Shown piece by piece: positions 22,701 to 34,754 of a DNA stretch of 64,000 bases (positions are counted from its first letter, which is position 1; every line of letters begins with the position of its first letter). The notes below the pieces were generated by a model. The model made no database searches. It was not told the DNA's origin and was given only the letters and a program-made list of their open reading frames with translations. Source of the stretch: Epithemia pelagica. Its lineage: Eukaryota; Protista; Bacillariophyta. The stretch is from positions 806,001-870,000 of the forward strand of contig OX337241.1 in the NCBI GenBank assembly GCA_946965045.2. The letters run 5' to 3'. A program made the translations under genes and the position numbers.

Positions 22701-24929
22701 AGAAAGGACCGTTGGAGGCACGGCCACCACGACATGATCGGCATGGAGCAACGACATTTCTTGAGCGTCTGTTGGTTGCTGCTGTTGAATCTTGAGGCAG
22801 AGACCGGCGGATCGAGAGGACAACGATGGTTGTGGAACGGTTTTGATTTGTGTCACGGGAGCATTTAATCGCAAGGTGAATCGATCCTTGTATCGTGGAT
22901 GCTGAGTGAGCAACTGCAACAGGGCCTCCACGACACTGTACATGGTCAAGGGCGGGGCCAATCGATACATGGACCATTCGCCGGTGGCCGATCCATTTTG
23001 CTCATGATTGTCGTCGTAATGTCGTTGGGCTTGTTGTTGCAATCGCATCATGGCAAAGGACAAATCGGAAAAATCGGTACAACCCACGGCATTGCCCAAA
23101 CTGGCCAAACACAACTTGTACAAGGACGGGGCCAATCCCGTCTTGGTGGTGGACTGGGCCGAGGCGGCCGAGGCTGTGGAAGATGTGGCCCTCACGTGTT
23201 TTTTGTGGGCCAGTAGTTGGCGAGCCATGGGCGTCTTGAGGGTGGACGTGGTACCGGCCATGCCAAAGGCTTGTTCCAGGGAGAGATTGGGATCCAGACT
23301 TGCCGTATGGGTCGAACCATCCTGGGGGGATTCGGCATTTATTGTGGTGGTGGTTATTGTTGTGGCTGGTTGAAAAAAGAGTTGATCCAAGGTTTGGGTC
23401 AAGGGTACGACAGTCGACGCTTCGTGGGCCGAAACGAGTTTGCCATTGCAAAAATAACGACCATAGTGGCCCGAACGAGTCGTACCTGGTGAACTGTTAC
23501 TACTACAACAATGTGTGGCAGCGGCTGTGGCAAAGACTTGTTGGTACACGGTGGGATCCATGCGACTGGTCGTCGGAGCCGGGTTCGTTGCTTCCTTGTC
23601 AGTGTCTTCGTCGTCTTCCTCTTCCTCTTCCTCTTCCTCTTCATCTTCTTCCGCCACGTAGTGTCCAAAATAGGGATCCAGAAGGGATCCAGCGGCACTG
23701 TCGTTCAAGTGCACATTCAAATCCATGCTATTGTGAAAACTATCGTGATTGGGAAACCGTTCCACATCCAACATGCTGCTGCTGGAACATTCCACTTGAC
23801 TGCCACTGGTGCTCGTGGCAATGCTCGTCGTGGTGCCACTATATAAATTCTGGGCATGATGATGGGATGAGGAGGAGGAGGGTGGTGGATGGGTCAGTGT
23901 TCGACGCGACGCACCAAGTGAGGTGGAGGACAAGGTGGTCAACAAGGACGGTCTCTCCGTCTTGGGATCCTTGCTGCTGCTCTTGCTACCATCCTTGTTG
24001 TTGTTATTGTTGTTGCTAGATTGATCCAGGACATTGAAAATGACAATGGATCCATCATCATTGACACTGGCCGCCTCCCTTGCATGATTCTTCATGCCCA
24101 ATGATGATGACAGCAAGGATGAAGTTGGTTTGGCCAAGGTGGCGGCCAACAATCCCTGGGCTTGTGGTGGTGATGGTGGTTGCTGTTGTTGTTGCTGTTT
24201 TTGTTTTTGCTTTGTTGGTAGGGGTGAAGAGGGTGGCTGGGAAAAGGACAAGGAAATGGAGGACGAGGAGTCGGACGAGGCATTGGAAGCATGATCGCCG
24301 GAGGAACCAACAACAACCTCTTTCGACGGTGCCACCGGTTTGGGGGGAACCGCCACGGGAGGAATGTTTTGAGGTTGGTGGAAGTGTGCCATCTTGTGGT
24401 GGTTGTTTTGGTTGTTTTGACTGTGGTGCATGGTGGGCAACAATCCCATGGCTTGAAATTCTTGAATGTATTGCGTCAAGAGTGGTTCTTCGTCCAATCC
24501 GCCGGCCGCCGAGTGACTAGGATCGTGGTCGTTCTTGGCATTGTTGTGATTGTGATTGTGGTGTGAGTCCACCAGGGTAATGTATTCGGCCCCCAAATCC
24601 AAGGGCAATCCTGGACAAAAGTCGTCGTCCATTGCAATGCGACCACCCACTCGATCCGAGGCTTCCACCAAGGTGACGTGCAAGGCGGCTGGTTCTTTTG
24701 GGGATTGTTGTTGTTGTCGGGATTGGGATTGGGATGGGCCATTGTCCTGTTCGGTCTCTGTGGCGGCCGCCGATTCTTCCAACAAGGTATGGGCACACAC
24801 CAGTCCCGCCAACCCGGCTCCCACCACCACCACATGACGACGACGACCACGACGACGGCCCGGTGAGGTTGATGATGATGAAGTTGTGGTCGTGGTGGTA
24901 GTTCTGTTGGGTTCCACTCGATCCTTCAT
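19797..24929 (-). CDS. Flavin-containing amine oxidase family protein with low-complexity insert and acidic/coiled-coil C-terminus (exons 22637-24929, 19797-22468)
   Basis: VVVVGAGLAGL and LVEASDRVGGRI FAD-binding motifs, DLGAEYI, spliced GYTNYCKVMLKLSRSFWP, DWESHSW and FCGEAT...QAAMETGHRAA. Confidence 0.85.
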   Translation of the reverse strand: MKDRVEPNRTTTTTTTSSSSTSPGRRRGRRRHVVVVGAGLAGLVCAHTLLEESAAATETEQDNGPSQSQSRQQQQSPKEPAALHVTLVEASDRVGGRIAMDDDFCPGLPLDLGAEYITLVDSHHNHNHNNAKNDHDPSHSAAGGLDEEPLLTQYIQEFQAMGLLPTMHHSQNNQNNHHKMAHFHQPQNIPPVAVPPKPVAPSKEVVVGSSGDHASNASSDSSSSISLSFSQPPSSPLPTKQKQKQQQQQQPPSPPQAQGLLAATLAKPTSSLLSSSLGMKNHAREAASVNDDGSIVIFNVLDQSSNNNNNNKDGSKSSSKDPKTERPSLLTTLSSTSLGASRRTLTHPPPSSSSSHHHAQNLYSGTTTSIATSTSGSQVECSSSSMLDVERFPNHDSFHNSMDLNVHLNDSAAGSLLDPYFGHYVAEEDEEEEEEEEEDDEDTDKEATNPAPTTSRMDPTVYQQVFATAAATHCCSSNSSPGTTRSGHYGRYFCNGKLVSAHEASTVVPLTQTLDQLFFQPATTITTTTINAESPQDGSTHTASLDPNLSLEQAFGMAGTTSTLKTPMARQLLAHKKHVRATSSTASAASAQSTTKTGLAPSLYKLCLASLGNAVGCTDFSDLSFAMMRLQQQAQRHYDDNHEQNGSATGEWSMYRLAPPLTMYSVVEALLQLLTQHPRYKDRFTLRLNAPVTQIKTVPQPSLSSRSAGLCLKIQQQQPTDAQEMSLLHADHVVVAVPPTVLSRILPNILPSKKMEALNYIGYTSTLHEWCSIVCFFAAECSVPPFAVLDHDSLFCFVLIVFSFSLSCCSAKNQTLHITTDYCKVMLKLSRSFWPAELQSIVASDCLMFPELCFRSYHDTKVGKEQYLVVFSLSGEYADEFVANCQLPQDDAKGKDSSNTKNQGATSNGKSPGHDEPLHDRIAPGGWKYWDTKLCTDLCLQHLATVLSVREDDLRAEFVDVMIHDWESHSWIECGKLYPRVGMTVDHLEALAAPIVILDEKDAKNTTDSNAQTPESQGRGKSSIHFCGEATDQNANFTLQAAMETGHRAAHEVLEQMDTTEYDETLPESDKVAEPQSPSQKHVHLTLEDDGDEEEEDENAPIVVFVGDIDDTSQDEEDPPMVEHKPSPQHIMDDDRQEQQHHASAPEDDDDESEYEEVEVDDDDEYEEETIDETVIDHMEVVEEGDEEEDEEDDDETGNLPEGAKAGNKGHERNDHNEHDDKILNNDKEDEEKENESEADRAPQVTVVPDVTPPEEIKTPIEVSLKPAADEYNGLKPSEMYDFGDSDDECDPADNVDKNDERDHTQPMEHVYNTNHMESTSSSIGLDHPESYDNDSVNSDTRHGDNADGALNLDEDESGPEETDIPDISPEMVASLVHRQMDVSRTLSEQEEMAYTLVRALEKRHIEVTKALMAQEQTSLGMIQALQLLSESNQRYKRRLHEATQQAHSTQDMEALQEQVHSLAMIVDEKDTVISARDVTIQGLEQHVSRLKQDVEQLDDSLECRGTQLQSVQSELKIIKEIQQRATKRAQDSERELEQTKTDLREKDAQIQLLKQQLQYAMTLQSAGDHSHHKIYGSSKGIPRRRRSTGVSPARSQELKITKAAREERVKRMMHRLSDSSGGGVSYADGMMMPHEVQLTSSTPSTEGMDRNGSIGSLYPYQQKEFYKVRNAGNESVGSTTSSMTRSTIVSTTRDNTRPQQRPGNSVLPF
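22469..22636 (-). other. GT-AG intron, 168 nt, in frame and without a stop codon
   Basis: Donor GTACGT, pyrimidine-rich body, acceptor ACAG. Removal restores GYTNYCKV. Confidence 0.8.
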
Positions 24930-26228
24930 GCTCTCTGGAGTTTTGTGGATTGAATATATGTAGAGGATTGGATAAAATTAGGTAGATTGATACACCAGTC
25001 ACCACAAGAAGACGAACACAACACACAGCGACAATGGTCTCCCTGTCTCTCTCTCTCTTGTTGGACGCAAAAAGCGAAAGCACCAATACCACAACGACCG
25101 AGCCAAACAACACTCCACGAAACGCAAAAAGCGACAAAAGGCAATGCCACACCCACAACAACCCCCAACCAATGGGGGATGGAATTGGTGGGGCGTGTGC
25201 ACCAAACAACCTCGTCTTTTGCTTTACTCGCAATGCCGCGGGTGTCTTTGGGCACATTCCATGGTTAGGTACGATTGGGGGAGATGGGGGTGATTGGGGG
25301 GGGTGGTCTACTGGAAACTGTACTGGAACAGTTGCCCACAAGAAAGGCCCTAACAAAAGACCCAACCAAATGTCTTAGTCCCAGTCCCTCAACGTGTCAC
25401 GTTTGGGCCCTTTCCAAACGCGAGTGGAGCAGCAGTCGGGGCGATTGCATTCCACGCACACACAAAAATTGGTCGAGCAAACGGCCAACCGACCCGACCA
25501 ACGGAATTGTTCCGGGCCATCGTCCGTCCAAGGGAGGCCTACGTAGCGTGGGCCAGGAGGCTTAGATCACCAATGTCGTAGACAAGAATACATACCAATG
25601 GAGTCCGTTGGAGATCCCACTGGCCCTAAAATTGGGTATAGCCCCTTCTCCGCGTGCGCCTCCCGCGAAGGTGCGAGCCAGCAGGGCACAATATTGTGAG
25701 GAGTCTCCTCACACGAAACAGACCCGATGCTCAAACCCACAAACGGGAGACCAATGGTTGCCCATCCCCGGATGCAACCATGTGGAACAACGTTCCCTCG
25801 ACTGCCCTCTTGTGTGTCATGGACCAAAAATCTGGCCAATCCGCCTTTCCGTTATCAACTCAAGATTTTTGTGTCGCATCGTCCGTCAACGACCAATCCT
25901 ATGGACAACCTTGGCGAACGAGACCGACATGGAGTTGTGTACTCCACACAGCAGATACATTCATACATGGCTTTGGTGTTTGCTAAAGAGCAAAGCAACC
26001 CCTCATTGTTTGGAGAGAGCAAGAACCCGCAAGGACATCATTGAGGGGATTTGTGTTCGTGCAAAGAACTGGTTGGTTGGGTTTGTGTGAGTGTGTGAGC
26101 TCTGGAGTGTCGACGGTTTGGATCAAACAACAAAAAGGAACGGAAGGAAAAGGATACGCTAGCCAAAAAGCACCAAGAACGATACCATCAACAAGAATAA
26201 CGAATAACAAGCTCTCTCACGTTTCAAA

Positions 26229-27634
26229 ATGCCTCGCGAAGTCTATGAACTCACCCCTCCTCAGTTGGAATGGTTGATTGAAAATCAAACCTTGACGGGT
26301 GGAGAAGCTCTTGATGAAAGTGCCAAAATGGGATGGGGTGGTGTCGCAACCGCAACCACAGCCACAGTGGCGGCCGGTCCCCTTGCCACGGTCGCCTTGG
26401 CCGCCGCGGCAGCCGGAAGCCCGGCCGGATATTCTCCCGTGGGACAACGACACGATGGATCCTTGTCGTCGTCGTCTGCTTCCACCTCACCCTCCGTCAT
26501 GGCGGCCCCCGCTGCGGCGGCGGCGGCCGCCGCACCAACGGCCACTCTCTTTTACCATTCGTCGTCGCCATCGTCCTCTCTTCCCTCCCACTTGCATCAA
26601 CCCTTGTTGCAGCAACCCGCCATGCCACCACCAGCTCGTCATGCGCATCTCATGAATGCGGCTGCGGTAGCGGCGGCGGCCGCCAATTCGAGTACCCTGA
26701 CGGACTATGCCTCACAGCAGTTGCAACATCCGCACTTGGCCCATTCGACAACGACGAATAACAATAGCAACAACAACAACAGCAATGTCATGGATTACGA
26801 TCCACGAGGACCGCCTCCACTCTTGGTCGATCATTATCACAAGAGCAGTGGAAGCAGCAGTATGGAATCCACCAGTGCGGGTGGATCATCGTCCATGGAA
26901 CAAGATGATGCCTACTATTCTCCAACCCAACATGCCTACGATTCCTCTCCCGAGTCTCATCATCATAATCATCATCATCATCATTTGCAGAATGGTCATC
27001 CTCATAATCATCAACATCATCATCAACAACAACAACATCACTGGCACCAATCACCCCATCATCCGTATCATCATCATCATCATCCGGCCGTCTCGTCTTC
27101 GTCGTCCTATGACAAACAACAAGCACAATCGCAAAAACGACAACCCGATTCCGATCCCTATCCTCATCGTCTGGGAAAACTCTCGTGGGAACAAAGTTTT
27201 GCCAATCTCAAGATTTATGTCAAACAATGCGGGGTACGTACAACAAACAACGTCGATGTCGGTGTCATGATGGATTCGTTTGGTGGACCAATGGGGCTTT
27301 CTCCAAGTCGTTTGTTGTGGTCCCTAGTATTCAACTCTCGTGACTCACACACAACCACTCTTCTTGGTTTGCCATTGCCTTTCTTGTTGTTCTGCTTCTT
27401 GTTCTTCTTGTTGTTGGATATATATAGCATTGCAATGTTCCGCGGTATTTTAGTGACCATCCCCAATTGGGAAGTTGGGTGCATCGTCAACGATTAAAGC
27501 GCAAATCTCCCAAAAAATATGGCTACTTGACGGCCGATCAAATTCAACAATTGTCCGATTTGGGCTTTTGTTGGCAAGTGCGGGGGGAAGGGAAACAACT
27601 CTATGTCAATCAAGCCAAGTCACACTTGTCGTAG
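26229..27634 (+). CDS. Helicase-associated (HA) domain protein with Ala/His/Gln-rich region (exons 26229-27233, 27428-27634)
   Basis: Splicing the GTACGT...TAG intron at 27234-27427 gives SWEQSFANLKIYVKQCGHCNVPRYFSDHPQLGSWVHRQR...LTADQIQQLSDLGFCW, a typical HA repeat. Confidence 0.88.
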
Positions 27635-28310
27635 CAATCGCAAACGGAAACAAAGCAAGAAGGAAAGGAAGAGTGGGCGTTGGATTGGGACATACACAAG
27701 AAACGCAGAAGAATGAAACGACAAGAGTGATCTTGGAGCTCCTGCCTCTATAGTTCATAAGGAAAACAACCAAAACGACATATAGTGTCAATAGTGGGGG
27801 AAGATGTAACGTAAAAACTCTAAAGGTCCAAAACTATTCTGGAATAGCGCCAATGGAGATTTCTAGCATGCAATCTTTTTGTGCCGGCTGTAGAAGGCGT
27901 TGTCTGCAACCAACCATGGGTTCCAGGATCAATAGGGTCAAACATGTGCACTTGACGCAAATGGTATGGCAACATTGGTACTCACGCCTCACCATAAGAG
28001 AAAATTGCTTTCTACAAACACGTGTTTTTAACATGGGACCGAAAGTGGATGCTATGGGATGTGTTACTTCTAACTGTACAATTCGGGTCACACAGAATCC
28101 ATGCCACCACAAAGCCTTTATATCTTTGGGCTTGTTGCTTTGTCCCAGGAAAGACAGAGTTTCTGCGTCTCGAGGATAGGTGACGGTTGAAACTTCTCGT
28201 TGCAAGTCCAAGTGAACCGCAAAATGTTCCTGTCGTTTGTTTTGTTCTGTTGTTTGTATTGGTCATTCTTTGTATCGTTCTTGTTTTGTTCTTGTTGTTG
28301 TGGGGAGTTG

Positions 28311-29902
28311 TTAGATTTCACATTCTTGTTGGTCGCAGTCGGCCTCGGGGGCTTGTGCCGTGGCGGCCAAAAAGAGGGCACTGACAAAGGCGCCGCCACC
28401 CACCAATCCGGCCGTCCCGACCGTTTCACCCTCAAAGACGAAACTCAGCAAGGCGGCCCAGAGGGGTTGCGAGGCATAGACGGTTTGGGCCCGCGTTGCT
28501 CCAATGGCTTGTTGTCCACCCACTTGCAAAAAGGGCACAATGGCCTTGACCATGCAGCCACTCCAGACGGAAATGGCGGCCAAATTCACGAGGTAGTGCA
28601 TCTTTTCGTCCGTCATTGCGGTAAATTGTTGCACAAAGTCGGTCGCATCGGGAATGCCCACGGCAAACAAGAGTCCAAAGGACAAGAGTGCCTGGGAGGC
28701 AATTTTACTGGTAATCAAGGGCCGGGCAGCCACTTGTTTGCCCCAGGCAAAGAGTCGTAAATCGTACGTGGCATAAAAGGCGGCTGCCACGACACAAAGG
28801 GCATCGCCCTGGAGCCGCGTTTGCTCCACAACGGGATCCAGGGCCGCCGCTCCCGCGCCGCCCATGTCTTGGGTAAACAAGGCCATGCCCATCAAGGCCA
28901 AGACAATGGAAAATTGAATCCGACGAGGAATGGGAATGCCCATGAGACCTTGTACGGTAGGGACAATGAGAGTGGTGAGTTGAATGAGAAAGGCGCCGTG
29001 GTCGGCCGTGGTCAAGGCCAAACCGTACAAGTTGGCCATGGTGCCCTGTAGATACAAAGACAGCAGAGCATGTTTCCAACAGGAATTGTCAGGAGCAAAA
29101 CAACCACAACATAACAACGACAAGGCAACCACAGCACATGAGTGAGTCACAAAGCGTCGTTCCCATATTCTCTCCGTCCTCGCAATCTCTTGTCCCACGA
29201 CGACCCACTACGTACCAAAAACTTCCAAAAGCCCAATTCCGAACCAGCCTTGACGGAAACATCGATCGAGTTCCACCAGGATGCCAGAGGATTCTTGTCG
29301 GCCTCAGTGGCTGGTTCTGTTGGACTCGTAGTAGTACTACTGCTGGCCACCAGTGCCGACGGTGGGGGAATCATGGTTTCCAAGGAGGGTCCCGCCACGG
29401 CCAAACACACCAAGGCCACGACGGACAAGACGGCATTGAGAAAAATCACGGGACACGAAACGATATCACTGGCAGCAGTGGACGTGGACGACAAGGCGGC
29501 ATGCATGGCCGGGGACAAGGAGGCAAAGACAATGGTACAAAATCCAATGGTCCACAAGCCGCGTTGGTATTCTTGATTGTTGTTATTTTCGTCGTTGTCG
29601 ACTGGAGTGGAAAACGACGATCCGTCCACGACCACGACGGAGGGATCCAGAGTGGATTCTGAAGACGAGGATGAGACCGACAAGGACGACGCCGGTCGTT
29701 CCAATACGGCATCCTTTTGCGACGGTGCTTGCGCATACAAGACAGTTTTGGGGTGGAGCTTGATGAAGGTGGAGGCAGCAGCAACGTCCAGGCTTGGGAT
29801 TGGTTGGGAGGACGGTGCAACTGATACAAACCCTTGAATCGGCAGAACCAGCAAGAGGCAGCAAAGGAGGCTTATGGAGGATGCGAGACGTTCGTTCTTC
29901 AT
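28311..29902 (-). CDS. EamA/DMT family transporter, probably plastid-targeted (exons 29216-29902, 28311-29045)
   Basis: Intron 29046-29215 (GTACGT...ACAG) joins GFWKFL to GTMANLYGL. Many TM helices with GAFLIQLTTLIVP, GDALCVVAAAFYA and YASQPLWAALLSF. Signal peptide ending IQG followed by F resembles a diatom bipartite presequence. Confidence 0.87.
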
Positions 29903-30603
29903 TGTTTGGGCTTGGATGACTTGAAAGATGTGTGCCCAGCAAAAATAGACTTTCTCTTGTTCGTCAATTGTCCGTGTCGTTTGGGATTCTTGTGTGTTCC
30001 TCTCTGCCCGAGATTCTGCTTGCACTTTCTTTTTTGAATCGGCCGAGATGAATGAATGTTTACCCAAAAGACTTCTCTGTGTATACTCGCACGTTGGTTG
30101 GTTCGGTGGTTGCTTCCGTGTTGCTTGCTGACTGCTGACCTGTAATTGTGCACGTGCGTTCTTCGAAACGCAGTCGACCGGCGTGGCTTCAAGTCCGACA
30201 TCACTTAGGGCTGACGTGTCGAGGTCAGCTGTCGTCCTACAAGCGAGTGAGGAGCGACTCGATCACACCCTGCAAACTTTTGTGGGCAGCTGTGTTCTCC
30301 GAATAGTCATTCCATGGTATGCCTCCGAGCAGAGGCAATTTCGAGACCTGGTATAGTGCGACTCCCAACCAATAGTGACTGGGGGAATTGCTATTGCCTG
30401 GTACCGGAACGTTGCGTGGTCGTTATGGTCATGGACTTTTTCGGTGTGTGGATTGGGCGTTTGCGGATGGAATCACGAATATAGCAGCACTACGTGTCTT
30501 GGTTGAATATATTGGAGAACGAATCGACCGTGGTGGTTCCACAGACAAATAACAAACCAAACCAAACGACCAATAGAACACGAAAAACTATACTATTACA
30601 ACC

Positions 30604-31800
30604 ATGACCAAGCGACGAAGTCTGGTAACAGTCCTGGATCAATACGAAGAATCCGACGATTACGAAAATGGCAGTGACGACATGGATTCCGATGATGATA
30701 GCATTTCCTTGGGATTGCCCAAGGACGACGACGACGACTTGGTCCACAATTTGGGAGGAGTTGGCATGATGAGTGAAGGAGAAGAAAGTGAATCGGGATG
30801 GCAAGATGTCGAAGATGAATCGTCGCAACATTCCTACGATCCTCAACAAACCGATTTACAACAACCAGCACCCGAAACGGTACTCTCCAACAAAAAGAAC
30901 AAGGCCAAAAAACGGTCGTCTTCTTCCTCCAAAAGAGCAACCCTTGTGCAAGATGATGAAGACGAAGAGGAAGACTGGGACTTTGATTTGGGTGGTATGG
31001 AGAACAACAAGACTACGACTGGCAGCAGCAATCCACACAAGCGAGAATCACAGTCGAAACGTCAAAGCATGCCCACGGCATCCACCCACAGTGGTAGTAC
31101 CACGCATTCCTCCCATGATGATGACTCGGAGGATAGTAGTGAGTCGAGTCCCGATCATGAACCCGCCGACACAGAAGAAGAGAATGACGAAGAGGATGAC
31201 TATGAAGCCTTGATTGCGGGAATCAACAAACAACAACAACAGCAGCAACAAGACAAATCCTCCAAAAAGAAGAAAAAGGACCAGAAAGCTACCAGCAGCA
31301 CCAAATCCAACGACAAACCCGTGGTATCGTCGGCCACCACCACCTCGTCTTCCGCATCCACCGCCACGACCTATACTACCATTAGTGTGGAGGAACTGGG
31401 GGACAGTACGCACACTACTGCCACCACCAACAACAAGGAACTGTCACCGGCGGCGGAAGCGCACCTGCAAGAACGACGACGGCAACGGGCGGCCCGCATG
31501 CAAAAGGTGCGAGAACGCATTGCCCGGGAACACGAGGCACAAGAACAGGCGGCGCACGTCCAGGAACAAACCAAGGTGGCGCAGGCGCAATCGGAAACGG
31601 GACGACGAGATCGGGCCTACGAATGGTATTTGCGCAGTGGCATGTTGAATCGGACCGCATTGAAAAAGCGCGTGACGCAATCGGCCAATGATTGCATGCA
31701 ATTAACACCGGACGATATTGATTTGTTGCCCTGGAACTTTAATGGGACCATGGTCAATGCCTCCCGCATGATCCAGGCCACCACGGGCGGCGGCAACTAA
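30604..31800 (+). CDS. Acidic disordered protein with conserved C-terminal YEWYxRxG...DLLPWNFxG domain
   Basis: 398-aa ORF whose C-terminal ~60 aa match the paralogue at 36283-37164. Confidence 0.8.
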   Translation: MTKRRSLVTVLDQYEESDDYENGSDDMDSDDDSISLGLPKDDDDDLVHNLGGVGMMSEGEESESGWQDVEDESSQHSYDPQQTDLQQPAPETVLSNKKNKAKKRSSSSSKRATLVQDDEDEEEDWDFDLGGMENNKTTTGSSNPHKRESQSKRQSMPTASTHSGSTTHSSHDDDSEDSSESSPDHEPADTEEENDEEDDYEALIAGINKQQQQQQQDKSSKKKKKDQKATSSTKSNDKPVVSSATTTSSSASTATTYTTISVEELGDSTHTTATTNNKELSPAAEAHLQERRRQRAARMQKVRERIAREHEAQEQAAHVQEQTKVAQAQSETGRRDRAYEWYLRSGMLNRTALKKRVTQSANDCMQLTPDDIDLLPWNFNGTMVNASRMIQATTGGGN

Positions 31801-32487
31801 GGTTTTTGTCACGAATCATCACCCGTGTACTAAGTAGAGACCGTGTGTATTCTAGCAGCCGCAACAACAACAGCCACTGGAGGAGGAAGAAATCGGTTGG
31901 AGCAGTCGAACTTTTACCCACGACAAATACTATACAGTATGAAAGAGAGGCGCCCGTAACATAGAGATGTGGACCGTTTCTCCAGGTTTAGGTCGTCAAG
32001 GGTTTCTCTTCTTCTCTTGTCAAAAGTGGAGATGGGAATAGATACAGTCCTACACATTAGTATAGAGGATACATCTCCCAACTCCGCGTAGATATAGCAA
32101 GACTACCTACTACTATTCAAGTCTCCTGGAGTGTTTGTCCCAACGTCGCCGACCTCTCTTGGCCGGGTGAAAGTACACTGGCCGGGGAGCGAAACAAACC
32201 AGTGGGGGCAATATGGACTCGTGGGAAAAGGGCTTTTGTAGCATAATAAAGATTTTTCGGGGATTTGCGTGACCACGCAACACGACCAACCAACCATAAT
32301 CCCTTTGGGTCTCTTTGGTCCGCACATTTTCCAAAAAAAAAAGTCTTTTGTTGCTTTGTTGTATCTTTCGTGTGGCCTTTGGTGTCTGGTTGTTTTGGGT
32401 GAACCACCACAACCACAACGAGAACCTCACGGATTCACATCGAGTCTCGAACCAACCAACCAACAAACGTATAGTTGATAGAATAGC

Positions 32488-34754
32488 ATGGAGGAATCGG
32501 AGGAGCAAGGTCCTCGTCGTCCTCCCAAGACGACGACTACTACTACTACAACATCGACGACGACCACCACGACCAATCATCGACCCCAAACCGTCTTTGC
32601 GCAAGTGTCGGACTATGCCCCTCCCGAATCGGCTCGTTCCCAGCCAAACGACAACAACGACGACGATGTTTGGAAGGATGACTATGAGAATGACACAAAA
32701 GACGATGACGACGACAAACCACCGCCCATTGCCATTGTGGATCCGTCTCGATTCACGCAGTCCCCGGACGAACGACCACGGACGGGATGGATGGTGGCCC
32801 TCGTGACGGGTCTGGTCGTCATGGGAGGCTTGTTTTTTGGAATTTCGGTACGTGGTTTGTGGTGGTGGGATGGGGTGGATTCGTGGTGGTATGGAGTTGC
32901 GCGTGTCTGTCTGGCTGTGTGATGGGCAAAGCAACTCTCAACGTTTCGTGTTGTTGTCGTTCGTGGCGTAACAATTCATGTTTGTTCCTTGTTTGTGCAT
33001 TTCTACTGTAGGCTCGCGTGCGTCCCAATGGATGGCTGTGTAGCGACGACAGTCAATGCAGTTCGGGACATTGTTGTCCGATTGATTGGAAACTGGATCG
33101 GTGCAGTGAGTGTTGTATTCATCAACATTGCGTCGATCAAATGGAACAACCGCCGGCACCGGGCACGTATGGGACCCCCTTTTGCCGCAAAGAGGATCGA
33201 ACCTGCAGTGCTTTCAAAAATGGTCACTCGAGTCAAATTTCTTTGTCGTCGGGATACCCCGTCTGGGTCCCCATTAATGACGAAACCGACTTGGCCCAAG
33301 TCGACATGCCCCGGACCGTCGTGGAGGGGACTGACCCCGTCATGGAACAAGTCTGGTACTTTGACTTGACGGAACAACCTGTCGAGAACGTGGCGTCTCG
33401 CGTCGACTCGAATGGCACTCATGTTTGGGTGCCCTTGCATACGCAATTCTTGGCCGGCTATTCCCGCACCTATCACATGTACGAGGAACACGAAACGGGT
33501 ATCATCACGTCCGTCTTTCTTCCCAATTCCGTTTCCGTCGTGATGGACCAACCCAAGGCGGGCATGGCCGAAAAGGTCCATGCCTTGACGTATACCAGTG
33601 AATACAGTACGGCACGGGGACAAGCCGTTCGGGCCCGCAATCAAGCCATTTTGCAACAGTCAAACCAGGACGACGACGACGACAACAAGTTTGATTTGGC
33701 CACATTTGCGACCCGGTGGGATGCCTTGGCGGTGATTTGGGGAACCTTGGGCATTATCAATGCGCAATTGGAAGCGGGCATTGACAAGGCGCACTTGTGG
33801 CAAATTCGACGCTATGTCAACGACACGACGGTCCAGATACCCCAAACTCCCACGCAAACCGAGGAATGGCGACATCATCGGCAATTGGCCAAAGAGGCGC
33901 TGGCCTTGGCCCACAATAAATCCTTTTTGGAAACGCGAACGATTCACAAGTCGGAAAATCATTGTCGGCATTTTGAACAACCAGACCCGACAGCGGCGGC
34001 GGGTAGTGGCGTCGACTACAATGACACGCACATTATTTTTCCACTCGATACACCCTTGACCATGTTGTCGGGGGAAATGACCTTTAGTCCCATGTACTAT
34101 TTGGGATTGAATGGAGGCTACACAACGGTTCAGTTTCAGAAAGAAACTCAAGTCTTGGAATTGTATTATCGAGCCCATCAACAATCCCGATCCTACACGG
34201 ACCCGCAACTCTCCACGGACAATACCAAACCATCGGGGTTGTGGTTGAGTCGCTTGGCGGCACCGGCCGAATATGACGTGGATGCCACGGTCGAAGGCCG
34301 CAGCGATCAGTACTTGTCACTCGACAAACCGCAATTTGCCTTGCGAAAATTGGTACGATTTGTCGGAGATGTCTTGGACATTCAAAAAGATACAACCCTG
34401 TGGGCCCGACCGCAGACGGAAACGTGCAATCTCAAATTCATTCAACAAGACGGGTGGGAACGAGCCTGGGAGGAAATTCGCTTGGGCGGGAACGGTGATT
34501 CCGACTATGAAAGATTACTCCTCCAAGTCAAGACCATTGCCCTGTCCAATCGCGGGATTGCCTGTGGGGCCAGTTTTATGCGGAGTGATTATGGCAATGA
34601 TACCCATGCCTATGGGTTGAATGAATTTGGTGTGTGGAATCACATGTTGTTGGAAGTCACACAGGGACATACCCGCGTCATTGCCACGGCACCGTGGTGG
34701 GATGATTGGGAATGCTTTTATACCAACCAAGATGTGGCCCAGTGTCGACCGTAA
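32488..34754 (+). CDS. Type II membrane protein with Cys-rich module and uncharacterised luminal domain (exons 32488-32847, 33012-34754)
   Basis: Intron 32848-33011 (GTACGT...TAG) joins the TM segment ...GGLFFGIS to ARVRPNGWLCSDDSQCSSGHCC. Full-length similarity to the paralogue at 55069-56784. Confidence 0.85.

Noticed and set aside
24517-25365. 282-aa minus-strand ORF overlapping the oxidase start
   Set aside because: Out-of-frame, low-complexity shadow with no domain.
27234-27497. Hydrophobic C-terminus of track ORF 26229-27497 as a TM tail
   Set aside because: It is translated intron; splicing restores a complete HA domain.
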